Below are positions 53,639 to 62,827 of a stretch of 64,000 bases of DNA, piece after piece. The stretch's first letter is position 1. Each line of letters opens with the position of its first letter. This DNA is from Acidobacteriota bacterium. Lineage in GTDB: Bacteria > Acidobacteriota > Blastocatellia > RBC074. The translations under genes were made by a program, and so were the position numbers. The DNA is taken from contig JAJVID010000091.1 in the NCBI GenBank assembly GCA_022072205.1, positions 1,192-65,191 of the forward strand. Direction: 5' to 3'. A model generated the notes under the pieces. The model saw only the letters and a program-made list of their open reading frames with translations, was not told where the DNA came from and searched no databases.

Positions 53639-54400
53639 TCAGAATTTTTGATAGAGAAAATGTTTGTACCCGACGCTCATACTCGGCAACAGCCAGGGTG
53701 GCAGCGAAGTCATCAGCATCAAACTGATCGCCGCGTGCGACAGCGCGATTGCGAACAGGTTCGGCGCGCGTTCGTAAACCGACGACCAGATCAGCCCGCC
53801 CACGAACGTCAAAGTCATCAGCATCGGATTCGGCGCGTGAGCGAAAGAAAAAATGGCCGCAGTCGCAAGGATCGCAAACCTCACCCGCCGCTTTCGCTCA
53901 TCCGGCGCGAGCGAATCATCAAGGAGCAGGAACCGGACGCGGCGGTAGATGAATCCCTGCAAGACGTATTGCTGAATCAGCGCCCAGATCGGCGTTGCCA
54001 GCGCGTTCAACCAGAAATGCGAAGTGCGATGAAATGAGCCAGTGAAATATCCGATGGCCGCGAACGTCGCGCAGGCGAGGATCGTCGGCGCGGCGAGCAA
54101 CTTGAGCGCGCGAGAGAAATGATCGGAGCTTAGCCCGATCCCGCGCAGTGATTCGCCGCGCACTCTCTGCGAATTGATCATCAGCGCGATGGCCATCAGC
54201 GCGGGCAGAGCCATCAGCCATTGGCTCCGAGGCTGCAACGGAATGATCGCCCAGGTGGTGATCAGCACCGAGATGAGAACCGAGGCGAGTTCGAGCGCGG
54301 TCACCGCGCGCATCGAAATTTGCGCAGTGAGTTCTTGCGCCGGAGCCGCCACGGCGGGTGGTTGTTCTTCAACGTTGTGTTTAGGCGCTGACGCTTGCAT
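53639..54400 (-). CDS. CPBP (CAAX/Abi) family intramembrane protease homolog with divergent motif 1
   Basis: FSFAHAPN (motif 2) and LSHAAISL (motif 3) are present. The position of EExxFRG reads QQYVLQG. Confidence 0.65.
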   Translation of the reverse strand: MQASAPKHNVEEQPPAVAAPAQELTAQISMRAVTALELASVLISVLITTWAIIPLQPRSQWLMALPALMAIALMINSQRVRGESLRGIGLSSDHFSRALKLLAAPTILACATFAAIGYFTGSFHRTSHFWLNALATPIWALIQQYVLQGFIYRRVRFLLLDDSLAPDERKRRVRFAILATAAIFSFAHAPNPMLMTLTFVGGLIWSSVYERAPNLFAIALSHAAISLMLMTSLPPWLLPSMSVGYKHFLYQKF

Positions 54401-54403
54401 CTT

Positions 54404-54787
54404 TCACTCAACCTCCAGGACGACGAAGGCGACGGCCTGATCCCGCGCGTGAGAAAGCGAGATGTGCGAGCGGGTGATTTTAAGCTCTTTGATCAGTTCG
54501 GCGGCGCGTCCGTGAAATTGAAGCTGCGGCGCGCCTTCGGTTGATGGTATGATTTCGACGTCGCGCCAGGAGAGCGCGACGACGGGCGTGGCGGCGCCGA
54601 GGGCTTTGCGGGCCGCCTCTTTTGCGGCGAAACGTGTCGCGTAACGTTCGGCTTTGCGGGCGACCTGCTTGCAATAATCAATTTCCTGTCTGGTGAAGAC
54701 GCGATTAACGAAACGGTCCCCGTGCTCTTCAATCGCGTGTTCGAGCCGCGAAATTTCAACGATGTCCACGCCGATGCCTGCGATCAT
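54404..54787 (-). CDS. acpS: holo-[acyl-carrier-protein] synthase
   Basis: MIAGIGVDIVEISR...FT..E..Y is the canonical AcpS N-terminus. Length is 127 aa. Confidence 0.9.
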   Translation of the reverse strand: MIAGIGVDIVEISRLEHAIEEHGDRFVNRVFTRQEIDYCKQVARKAERYATRFAAKEAARKALGAATPVVALSWRDVEIIPSTEGAPQLQFHGRAAELIKELKITRSHISLSHARDQAVAFVVLEVE

Positions 54788-54800
54788 AAAATGATTTCAA

Positions 54801-54842
54801 ATTCGAGTTCTGAGATTTGAGATAAAGATTCGAGAAAGATTC
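54801..54842. repeat. degenerate TTYGAGA-type heptamer array upstream of pgeF
   Basis: ATTCGAG TTCTGAG ATTTGAG ATAAAGA TTCGAGA AAGATTC. It has the same core and orientation as the array at 55659-55706. Confidence 0.6.
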
Positions 54843-55658
54843 GTGATGGAGCATTTCTCTTTTCGCCACATCAACAACCTGCAACTGCTGGTCTGCGATC
54901 CGATTGAGCGGGCCGGATTCAAAAACGCTTTCAGCACGCGCGTGGGCGGCGTCAGCCCCTTGCCGGCGGATGCGCTCAGCCTGGGGAATTTCAGCCAGGA
55001 CGAGCGCGAGAACGTGATTGAAAATCGCCGCCGGTTTCTCTCGGCGCTCGACGCGGCGGATTGGCCGCTTGTCACCGCGAAGCAGATTCATTCCGCCGAT
55101 ATTCGTTTTGTCAGCGGCGCGGAAGACGCCGGCAGCGAGCCGACGGCTTGCGACGCGTTGACGGCCAACACTCCGCGGGTTTTGCTGGCGGTTCAAACAG
55201 CCGATTGTCTGCCGATTTTGATTGCCGATGAACGCTCCGGCGCGTTCTCGGCTGTGCACGCCGGATGGCGCGGCACGCTCGCGGGCATCGTCGCACGAAC
55301 GGTTGAGCGGATGCAACAGGAGCATGGTTCGCGCTCCGAAGACCTGCGCGCCGCGTTGGGGCCTGCGATCAGCGCCGCCGTTTTTGAAGTCGGGCCGGAA
55401 GTGCTGGCCGAATTCAGAAACAAATTCGGCTACGCCGAGGAATTGATTTCCGATCAGCAACCGAACGGCAAAGGCCATCTGAATTTGAATCTGGCCAATA
55501 TCCGGCAGTTGATTGACTGCGGCGTGCGCGAGGATCGGATTTACGACAGCGCGCTTTGCACCTGGCTGCGCAACGATCTGTTTTTCAGCTACCGGCGCGA
55601 ACGCGGGGCCGAGAAACCGGCCGGAAGGTTGATGGGGGCGATTGGGAGAGAAGGATAA
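54843..55658 (+). CDS. pgeF: peptidoglycan editing factor PgeF (YfiH/DUF152, laccase-domain protein)
   Basis: AFSTRVGGVS...NFS...NRRRF...QIHSAD...TADCLPIL...HAGWRG. The start is GTG 54843 or ATG 54846. Confidence 0.9.
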   Translation: MMEHFSFRHINNLQLLVCDPIERAGFKNAFSTRVGGVSPLPADALSLGNFSQDERENVIENRRRFLSALDAADWPLVTAKQIHSADIRFVSGAEDAGSEPTACDALTANTPRVLLAVQTADCLPILIADERSGAFSAVHAGWRGTLAGIVARTVERMQQEHGSRSEDLRAALGPAISAAVFEVGPEVLAEFRNKFGYAEELISDQQPNGKGHLNLNLANIRQLIDCGVREDRIYDSALCTWLRNDLFFSYRRERGAEKPAGRLMGAIGREG

Positions 55659-55706
55659 TTTGAGATTTGAGATTTGAGATTTGAGATTGAGATTCGAGAT
55701 TGGAGA
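55659..55706. repeat. tandem heptamer array (TTTGAGA)x4 plus 3 degenerate units
   Basis: Four perfect TTTGAGA units span 55659-55686, followed by TTGAGA, TTCGAGA and TTGGAGA. The array begins at the base after the pgeF stop and ends 7 nt before GTG 55714. Confidence 0.85.
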
Positions 55707-55713
55707 GAAACCT

Positions 55714-57051
55714 GTGAAATCAAAATTACTGTTTATCGCTTTGATTGCTTCATCGTTGTTGATCGCGCCTGCGTTCGCGCTCGTTCAGGACTCCGGCAAG
55801 CAGAAGGCGAATGCCCAGCAGGGTACTGATGCTCCGAAAGATGCGCCCAAAGAGCCGGCGAAAGATTCGGATGAAGACCTGCGCCGCGCCATCCAATCTT
55901 CGGGCGGCAGCGAAACGCAGATCATCACGAACCTCGAAGAGTATCTGAAGAAATATCCGGCGAGCGCTCGTCGCGGAGAGATCGAAAACGAGCTTTACAA
56001 GCTCAGCATGAAACTGCGCGACCGAAACCGCGCCATTATGTACGCCGAAAGGCTGGTAATCAGCGATGAGAATAACATTGACGCGCTGACCAATCTGGTC
56101 ACGATGCTGCGCGAGCGCAAGACGGAAGCCGATCTGATCAAGGCGCTGGCTTACGCCGATGATCTCGTCAAACGATTCGAGCACATCGTTTCCACCAGCG
56201 CCAAGCCGAAGCGCATCAGCTCCGCGCAGTGGCAGGAGCGCAAAGAGCAGGGGCTAGCTTCGGTTTACCTGCTGCGCGGCAAGGTTCACGCCGATCTGGG
56301 CGCCGATGACAAAGCGCGCGCAGATTTGTTGAAGAGCTACAAGTCGGCGCGTCTGGCCGGAGCCGCCGTGTCGCTGGGCGAGCTTGCCGAGAAGCGCAAG
56401 AACATTGATGAGGCGGTTGATTATTATTTGCAAGGCTTCGTCATCTCGCTCAACACCGATGAGCGGATTGATCTGAAATCGCTGCGGCGGAAGATCGGGA
56501 TTCTCTATTCGGCGAAGAACGGGTCGGAGGCCGGGCTGGGCGACCGGATGCTGAAAGCTCACGACGCTTTCGTCAAAGAGCGCGAGGAGCGGATGGCGAA
56601 GCTCGAACCGGCGAATATCAACGAAGGCATCGGCGACCCGCTGAAATTCACGCTGACCAGACTCGACGGCTCGCCGCTGAAGATGGAGGATCATCGCGGC
56701 AAGGTGATCGTGATGAATTTCTGGGCGACGTGGTGCGGCCCCTGCCTGACCGAGATGCCGCTGTTTGAAAAGACCATCGCAAAATACAAAGAAGACAAGG
56801 ATGTCGTCTTTCTGGCCATCACTACGGACGAAGACCGCGAACTGGTCGCGCCATTTTTGAAGCAATACAAATTCAACCTCCCGGTCGCTTACGCCGAATA
56901 CATCAACGATCATTTTGCTATCTCTTCGATCCCGACGACGATCATTCTTGACCGCAAAGGCGAAATCGCTTTCCGACAGGCGGGCTTCAATCCGCGCGAC
57001 GATTTCGTGGTTACGCTGAGCGGGAAGATTGAAGACGCGAAGAAGAGGTAA
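55714..57051 (+). CDS. secreted TPR + TlpA-like thioredoxin-fold protein
   Basis: GTG 55714 gives the signal peptide VKSKLLFIALIASSLLIAPAFA. C-terminal VIVMNFWATWCGPCLTEMP is the redoxin CxxC. Confidence 0.8.
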   Translation: MKSKLLFIALIASSLLIAPAFALVQDSGKQKANAQQGTDAPKDAPKEPAKDSDEDLRRAIQSSGGSETQIITNLEEYLKKYPASARRGEIENELYKLSMKLRDRNRAIMYAERLVISDENNIDALTNLVTMLRERKTEADLIKALAYADDLVKRFEHIVSTSAKPKRISSAQWQERKEQGLASVYLLRGKVHADLGADDKARADLLKSYKSARLAGAAVSLGELAEKRKNIDEAVDYYLQGFVISLNTDERIDLKSLRRKIGILYSAKNGSEAGLGDRMLKAHDAFVKEREERMAKLEPANINEGIGDPLKFTLTRLDGSPLKMEDHRGKVIVMNFWATWCGPCLTEMPLFEKTIAKYKEDKDVVFLAITTDEDRELVAPFLKQYKFNLPVAYAEYINDHFAISSIPTTIILDRKGEIAFRQAGFNPRDDFVVTLSGKIEDAKKR

Positions 57052-57130
57052 GAGGGAGTAGGGAGTGGGGAATGGGGAGTGGGGAGAGGCTACTTGCCCC
57101 CACTCCCCATTCCCCACTCCCTACTCCCTC
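57052..57130. terminator. perfect 33-bp hairpin built from GGGGAGT/GGGGAAT heptamers, exactly filling a convergent intergenic gap
   Basis: 57052-57084 is the exact reverse complement of 57098-57130, with a 13-nt loop. The flanking stop codons end at 57051 (+) and 57131 (-). Confidence 0.9.
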
Positions 57131-58072
57131 CTACCTAATTTCCCGCCTCAATTGCTTCAACACCGAACGCACAGCCGACGCCTGCCTGCTCGTGGGATCG
57201 AGTTGCAGATATTTTTCGTAAGCCTCCACAGCCTCTTTATTGAGAAATTCGCGTTCAAGAGTGGTTCCCAGTAGAAAATAGATTATCGGTTCGGTGTCGT
57301 TGGCCTGGGCAATGGCCAGGCGGAAGTGTTTGATCGCTTCTTCTGGGCGGTTGCGCTCCTGGCAGGCGAGCGCCAGCCCAGTGTGGGCTTCCGGCGAAAC
57401 GCCGCGCGCCTGGGCGAGCGCTGTGCGGTAACTCGACATGGCGTCGTCGTAAAATCCTTGCGTGCGTTTGATGTTGGCGATGACGGTGTGAGCTTCGGGG
57501 AAGACGCCGCCTCTTTCGCGCAATGCGCGGCGGGCTTCGGCGACGGCGTCGTCGTATTCTTCGCTCGACATCAGGCTGCGGGCCAGGCCCACGCGCGCGG
57601 CGGGGAAGCCTGCGGGACGAAGTTTGATGGCGGCGCGGTATTCTTTGATCGCGTCGGCGTGTTTGCCTTTTTCGCGTAACTCTTCGGCGGTTTGAAACGC
57701 CAGTTCGGCTTTGTCCGCCGGGGCCGGAAAAACGATTTGAACTGACTGGCTCCCGTCGGCGGCTAGAACGATCTTCCGCGCAATCTCGCGCCTGCCTTTC
57801 AACCGCGCGCGGATTGTGCGAGCGCCTGCAGGCAGGTTGTTGATCGTCAATTCGCCGCTCGCGGGCACGACGCCGTAACGCAGCGCGTCAACCCAGATGA
57901 TCGTGTCAGGCGCAGTTTTGATGAGAAGCGATGACGTTGGGCCGGATTGAGATGAAGTGGATTGAGATGAAGTGGATTGAGACTGAGTGGATTGAGCCGG
58001 AGTGTTGACGCTGAGCGCAAGTCCCAGCGCCATCACTCCGGCGAGAGATGCTTTTCGGGGCGGTGTCTGCAT
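57131..58072 (-). CDS. secreted PEGA-like + TPR repeat protein
   Basis: Signal peptide, an SQSTS repeats linker, LLIKTAPDTIIWVDALRYGVVPASGELTINNLPAGARTIRARL (PEGA-like) and 4-5 TPR units. Confidence 0.7.
   Translation of the reverse strand: MQTPPRKASLAGVMALGLALSVNTPAQSTQSQSTSSQSTSSQSGPTSSLLIKTAPDTIIWVDALRYGVVPASGELTINNLPAGARTIRARLKGRREIARKIVLAADGSQSVQIVFPAPADKAELAFQTAEELREKGKHADAIKEYRAAIKLRPAGFPAARVGLARSLMSSEEYDDAVAEARRALRERGGVFPEAHTVIANIKRTQGFYDDAMSSYRTALAQARGVSPEAHTGLALACQERNRPEEAIKHFRLAIAQANDTEPIIYFLLGTTLEREFLNKEAVEAYEKYLQLDPTSRQASAVRSVLKQLRREIR
57944..58003. repeat. in-frame 15-nt tandem repeat (4 units) inside 57131..58072
   Basis: GGATTGAGATGAAGT occurs twice exactly, followed by two diverged units. 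It encodes QSTSS/QSTQS repeats on the minus strand. Confidence 0.8.
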
Positions 58073-58102
58073 ACAACCGATGCAATCGGGGCGCGCCGGA
58101 AA

Positions 58103-60337
58103 TTATTCCGGCACGCTGCTTCTGAATCTGCCCTGATCGTCGTAAAGCCGCTGGTATTGCCGCGCGTTGCGGTAAACGCCTTGCACGTAGAGCCGGGTTT
58201 CGGTGAGCGGGATGCTCTCGACCCACTCTTCGATGTCGGCTGTCGGCAGTTCCCTGATCCAGCGGCGCACGCGGGTCGGGCCGCCGTTGTAGGCTGCGGC
58301 GACGTATTCAAAACGGTTGAACCCGTCCATCAACTCTTTCACGTAAGCCGTGCCAAGCTGGATGTTGAGAGCCGGATTGAACAGGTCGTTCGCCGTGATG
58401 GTTCCGCCGCCGGTCTTGCGAGCGACATCCCGTCCGACGTACGGCAGAAGTTGCATCAATCCGAGCGCGTTGGCGCGGCTGCGCGCGTTCGGCGCGAAGA
58501 CCGTCTCCTGGCGGATCAACCCGGCGATCAGGTACGGGTCAATGTTGTGTCGCTTCGATTCCTCTTTGATATTCGACCACCACTTGAGCGGGTAGAAGAC
58601 TTCCCAGACTTCGCGCGTCGCCTCTTCGGGCAGCATCTGGCCGTAATCGGGGTAGGCGCGTTTGAGCGCGTTGAGCGCCGCCACAGGCTCGCCCTGGATG
58701 CGGAAGATTTGAGCGATACGCAAATTGACAGACGGCGAATTGGGATGGCCCACGCGCGCGGCGTCCAGTTCGTTCATCGCCGATTGATAGAGCGCTATGC
58801 GCGTCAGTTGTTCGGCTTTGGTCACGTGTTCAGCGTCGGCGTCTTTGACTGTCTCGCGGGGCAGTTTGACCGTTTGAAGCCCGGCGACGGCGCGGCGCAG
58901 CAACAGATCGGATTCAAACGGTTTGCCCTGAACTCCTTCGCTCGCAAGTTGCGCGATGCGGCGGTCGGCGTTGATCCCGAACCAGCCCGCGCCGTAACGC
59001 AGCATCAGCGCGCGATAAAGCGTCATCGCGGTTTCCTTGTCACCCGCGCGTTCGGCGTCGAGCGCGGCCCAGAATCCCGCCTTGCCGCGATTGTCCGTGA
59101 CGTTGCTGTAATTGGCTACGTGCTCGGCCAGCAACCGCGACGACGTTCGATAATCCCGCGCCGTGTGCGCGCGCCACGCCAGCCAGAAATGAGCTTCGTC
59201 AGCGCCATCCGCCTGCGGGAACTGCCGGACCAGTTGCGTATAAAACGCGTTCGCCTGCTCGTTTTGATTGCGTTTTTCGTGATGGCGCCCGATGGCGAAA
59301 AGCAGATCGCCGATGCGCTCGCTGTTCGGCGCGGCGCGGCGCAACTCCGCGAGAGATTGCAAAGCCGCCGCTTCGCTGTTGAGCGAAAGCTGCGCCAGCC
59401 CCAGGTGATACAACGTATCGCTCATCAGCTTCGGCGTGCGCGCGCGAATCTGCGAAAGCGTGTCCGCAGCCTGTCTGAACGAATTCGATTTGTAGTAGCA
59501 GATTCCCGCGCGCAGTCGAACATCGTCGGTGACGGCGTTCGGGAAAAGGCGCGGAATCTGGTCGTAAGCTTGCGCTGCGATTGCGTACAGGCCGGCTTGA
59601 TAGAGTTTGTCGGCGCGCCGTTTCAGTTGCGCGGCGTCGGCTGGAGCGGTCGAAGCGCCGAGCGTGGCCAATCGCGCGCCAGCCTTCTCGGCTTCGGCGG
59701 ATTGCGGCGCGTCGTAATAAAGTTTCCGAAGCGTGATGACCGCCTCGCTTGCGCGACCGGCTTTTTCCAGCGCGTCGGCGCGCAGCTTGAGCGCTGTGCC
59801 ATCGTTCTTTTCAACCAGCGGCGCAAGGTCGTCAATCACCGTTTGATAATCGCCGCGCGCCATCGCCGAGCCTGCCGATTGCAGCGCCGCCGTTCGCGCA
59901 AGCAGAGATGACGGATAAGTTTGCGACAGGCGGCGAAACTCGCGTTCGGATTCAAGCGCGCCCCCGCTTTCCTGCAATGCCTGGCTGCGATAATAAAGCG
60001 CGTAATCGCCAACCGCAGTCAGGCGCGCGATGTTCTGGTTGGCCAGAAGATTCGCGGCGGTCGTGAAATCTTTCGCCTGAAATCGCAGGTAACCGCGCAG
60101 GAGACGGGCCAGCGCCGCTTCTCTGGTTCCGGGAAACGAATTTTCCACGCGTTGTAATTCAGCTTCAGAGTTGGCGGCGGCGGCGGCTTGCAATTGCGCC
60201 TCGGCTTTATTTTGCGCAGCGCCAGACCTGTTGGGGGACTGCGATACGGCGCTGATCAGCGCAAGGGCCAATGCCGCAATCGAGAGAAGATACCGCTTAC
60301 GTTGGAGGAACGAGATAGTGGAGGAAAAATACTTCAT
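58103..60337 (-). CDS. slt: soluble lytic murein transglycosylase (Slt70-like: superhelical TPR-like N-domain + SLT)
   Basis: The C-terminus reads IAGLIRQETVFAPNARSRANALGLMQLLP...GTAYV...AAYNGGPTRV. Signal peptide present. Confidence 0.85.
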   Translation of the reverse strand: MKYFSSTISFLQRKRYLLSIAALALALISAVSQSPNRSGAAQNKAEAQLQAAAAANSEAELQRVENSFPGTREAALARLLRGYLRFQAKDFTTAANLLANQNIARLTAVGDYALYYRSQALQESGGALESEREFRRLSQTYPSSLLARTAALQSAGSAMARGDYQTVIDDLAPLVEKNDGTALKLRADALEKAGRASEAVITLRKLYYDAPQSAEAEKAGARLATLGASTAPADAAQLKRRADKLYQAGLYAIAAQAYDQIPRLFPNAVTDDVRLRAGICYYKSNSFRQAADTLSQIRARTPKLMSDTLYHLGLAQLSLNSEAAALQSLAELRRAAPNSERIGDLLFAIGRHHEKRNQNEQANAFYTQLVRQFPQADGADEAHFWLAWRAHTARDYRTSSRLLAEHVANYSNVTDNRGKAGFWAALDAERAGDKETAMTLYRALMLRYGAGWFGINADRRIAQLASEGVQGKPFESDLLLRRAVAGLQTVKLPRETVKDADAEHVTKAEQLTRIALYQSAMNELDAARVGHPNSPSVNLRIAQIFRIQGEPVAALNALKRAYPDYGQMLPEEATREVWEVFYPLKWWSNIKEESKRHNIDPYLIAGLIRQETVFAPNARSRANALGLMQLLPYVGRDVARKTGGGTITANDLFNPALNIQLGTAYVKELMDGFNRFEYVAAAYNGGPTRVRRWIRELPTADIEEWVESIPLTETRLYVQGVYRNARQYQRLYDDQGRFRSSVPE

Positions 60338-60508
60338 GCTTTCAGCTCCAGGAAAATGCTTCAGCTAAAGGGGACAACCAAATGTGACGATGCCTTCGAC
60401 GAATTTCAGGGGTTGAGAGTTCGCCGGTGAAAATCGGGGCGGGGTAATTCGGGAATGGGAGAGCGAGAAAAAATCTACGCCTCTTCTCCCACGCCCGCAA
60501 TCATTCTT

Positions 60509-62461
60509 CTATGCCAGCACCACAGGCCCAGGACAATTCTTGCCCAGCTTGGCGGGATCGCCTTCGGCCAGCGTTTGCACCAGCTCATCGTAAAAATAAT
60601 CGAAACGTCCGGCGACGGCTGGCGCGACGCGTTTGTCGTAAACCTTGCGGCTGCGGTCAATTTCGTCTTTAAGGCGGTCGTAAAGATCGTAATTGCGCCG
60701 TCCATCGTTGACCTTCGCCGCGTTGTAGAGCTTGATTTCAGAAACAAGCAAACGCGCGAACCGTCGCGCGTCGTTGTGCGCGCGCTGTTCGGTCTCGCTT
60801 CCAGGTGTCGGAACCCCCTGAGATGACGCTGAGGTTACGGGTTGAGCCGGCCTGGGCGGTTCAGTTGGTTGAGTGAATATCGGAGCCGATGGCGATTGGA
60901 ATGCTGAAATTCCCGGCGTGGTTACGCGCTCTTCGATTGGAGGAGCGCTGAAATCCGACATCGGCGTAGTCGGGGCCGATGCCATGTTTTCGCCTGCCAT
61001 CGTTTGCTGCGCGTAGGCTGTGGGTGATGGTTGATCTGGCGGTTCAAATTGCGGCGCGCCGTCAAATGTTTCAGCGGCTGTATCGGTGACTTCTCTGGTG
61101 ATTCTTCGCGGCGCGGTTTTTACCTGGCCAGATTCCGGTTCAACGCGCGCAGGTTCGGGAGCCTGATGCAGGCTTTCAACAGGCGGCGCTATTGCTTCGG
61201 GCAGCGGCGGCAAGTCTTCAGTCTTGTGCTTCTCGTCGGTTATTTCATCAATTCCGCTTGGCGTAGTTAGCGCGGCCTCCTCAGCTTGCGCGGCTTCTTT
61301 CCAGACGTGACTTGGCGGCTCTTCCTGAATCTCGCGCTTAACCTCAGGCTCGGCCTGAGCGCTTTCCGCCTGCGCCACTTGTTCTGGCGCCTGAGGGACC
61401 TCTGTCTCCTGAGTTATCGCGGAAGGAGGCGCTACGGCGGGCGAACTTAACTGCGCCTGTGAGACGCTCGGACGCGTTGGCTCGACGCCTCGGCGAGCAG
61501 GCAAAAGCTCGATCACCATCGCGGCGATCCGCATCAGCGATTCGATGGCCGCCGTGTTGATCGAGTTTTCGGATTGCGTGCCCGAATCGGCGTAGAGCAC
61601 AGCGGCGGCTTTATGGCGGACGATCAGAGGAATGGCGACGGCGCGGCCCGGCACAGGGGAACTGTAAAGTCCCAGCACGGCTGAACTGTCAACGTAAGAT
61701 TGCGGATCGCTCGCGGCGGGACGGAAGTTTTCGAGCGCCTCGCGCAGAAGAGTCTGCTTTTGTGATGAAACAGTCAGGAGTTTCGCCGTCTCGTCATTCA
61801 ATCCGTTCTCGAAGCCGCTTGCCTTCCAGCCTATGGCGTCGCCGCTTTTGATCACGAAAAAGACCACGCGCGGCGCGAATTGAGCGGCGCGGCGCACCAG
61901 CGCGGATAGCGTGTCTGATTGCGTGCGCTGCAAATCAATATCTTCAATTGCGGTTTTGATCGTGTCGAAACTTACCGTTTGAGCCGCCGCTTCCTGCGAC
62001 GACGACACGGCCAGAGTCAAAGCTTTGCGGCTGGCTTCAAGCTGCTCGCGCAGGTCTTCGATCTGAGCTTCGGATTCGCGGCGCGCGATGGCGGAGGCTT
62101 CGGCGCAAGCCTGCTCGATCCGGGCCTGAAAGCCCCGCTCGGCTTCTTCGCGCGCCTGTTCCAGGCGAGATTTGAAATCTTCTTCAGCCCTGGCGCTCGA
62201 ATCGCTGAACCATTGTCTGACGTAATCGAGCAATCCCGAAGCGTCCTGCTCGGTCGCGGCGCTCTCCTGTTCAACCAGACGCGAACTGATTTCGGAAATG
62301 TTCGCCTGTAGCCGCTCGATCTCAGCTTTAAGCGTGGCGTTGCGTTGCGAGAGCAATTCGCCTGCGCGCGCCTGGAGTTGGGCTTCCCAGCTTGCCAGGT
62401 TGGATGATTGTTCCTGTTGGGTTTGGTTTCTCTCTTCGGACACTTTGTACCTCCGAATCAA
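60509..62461 (-). CDS. coiled-coil / GAF-like / Pro-rich protein with conserved C-terminal domain, unknown function
   Basis: N-terminal coiled coil, then a GAF-like core (RVVFFVIKSGDAIGWKASGF...AIPLIVRHKAAAVLYADSG). An ~200-aa Pro/Ala/Gln-rich linker follows, then the C-terminus ARRFARLLVSEIKLYN...YDKRV. Confidence 0.6.
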   Translation of the reverse strand: MIRRYKVSEERNQTQQEQSSNLASWEAQLQARAGELLSQRNATLKAEIERLQANISEISSRLVEQESAATEQDASGLLDYVRQWFSDSSARAEEDFKSRLEQAREEAERGFQARIEQACAEASAIARRESEAQIEDLREQLEASRKALTLAVSSSQEAAAQTVSFDTIKTAIEDIDLQRTQSDTLSALVRRAAQFAPRVVFFVIKSGDAIGWKASGFENGLNDETAKLLTVSSQKQTLLREALENFRPAASDPQSYVDSSAVLGLYSSPVPGRAVAIPLIVRHKAAAVLYADSGTQSENSINTAAIESLMRIAAMVIELLPARRGVEPTRPSVSQAQLSSPAVAPPSAITQETEVPQAPEQVAQAESAQAEPEVKREIQEEPPSHVWKEAAQAEEAALTTPSGIDEITDEKHKTEDLPPLPEAIAPPVESLHQAPEPARVEPESGQVKTAPRRITREVTDTAAETFDGAPQFEPPDQPSPTAYAQQTMAGENMASAPTTPMSDFSAPPIEERVTTPGISAFQSPSAPIFTQPTEPPRPAQPVTSASSQGVPTPGSETEQRAHNDARRFARLLVSEIKLYNAAKVNDGRRNYDLYDRLKDEIDRSRKVYDKRVAPAVAGRFDYFYDELVQTLAEGDPAKLGKNCPGPVVLA

Positions 62462-62827
62462 TAAAGCGACATTGGAGTAATTGGCGATTTCGTCCCGTGT
62501 CGCTTGAATTGTCGGACTAACGAGGCTGCGCTGATCATTTCGTGCGGCTCTTTACCGCTTGATACCAAAATCTTTATTGCAAAGGGCGGTTCATTATCTT
62601 TTCTCGGATTGAGCTTGTCAATTTATCGGTTTTCGATTGGTATGACCGGCTAAGTTTTGCCAAAGACGGACTGTTTGACTACAATTCACCCGTCGTTCAG
62701 GCGACGTCATCAACACATTCCGCTACCAGTTCAAAAATCGGAACCACAGCCCGCATCGGTAATTCGATGGGCGTCAATTCGTCATCGGCTCTCGCATGCG
62801 GCCCTTCAAACGAAAGAGGAGAAGACA

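Noticed and set aside
52760-54037. 425-aa + strand ORF
   Set aside because: It lies antisense to the SpoIIM-like and CPBP membrane genes. The sequence is extremely Arg/Asp/Gln-rich and unlike a real protein.
54756-57117. 240-aa and 287-aa minus-strand ORFs (54756..55478, 56254..57117)
   Set aside because: They lie antisense to pgeF and to the TPR/TlpA-like gene respectively. The second also reads through the 57.1-kb hairpin.
57977-59911. 644-aa + strand ORF
   Set aside because: It lies antisense to the Slt70-like gene, which carries the SLT catalytic motifs.
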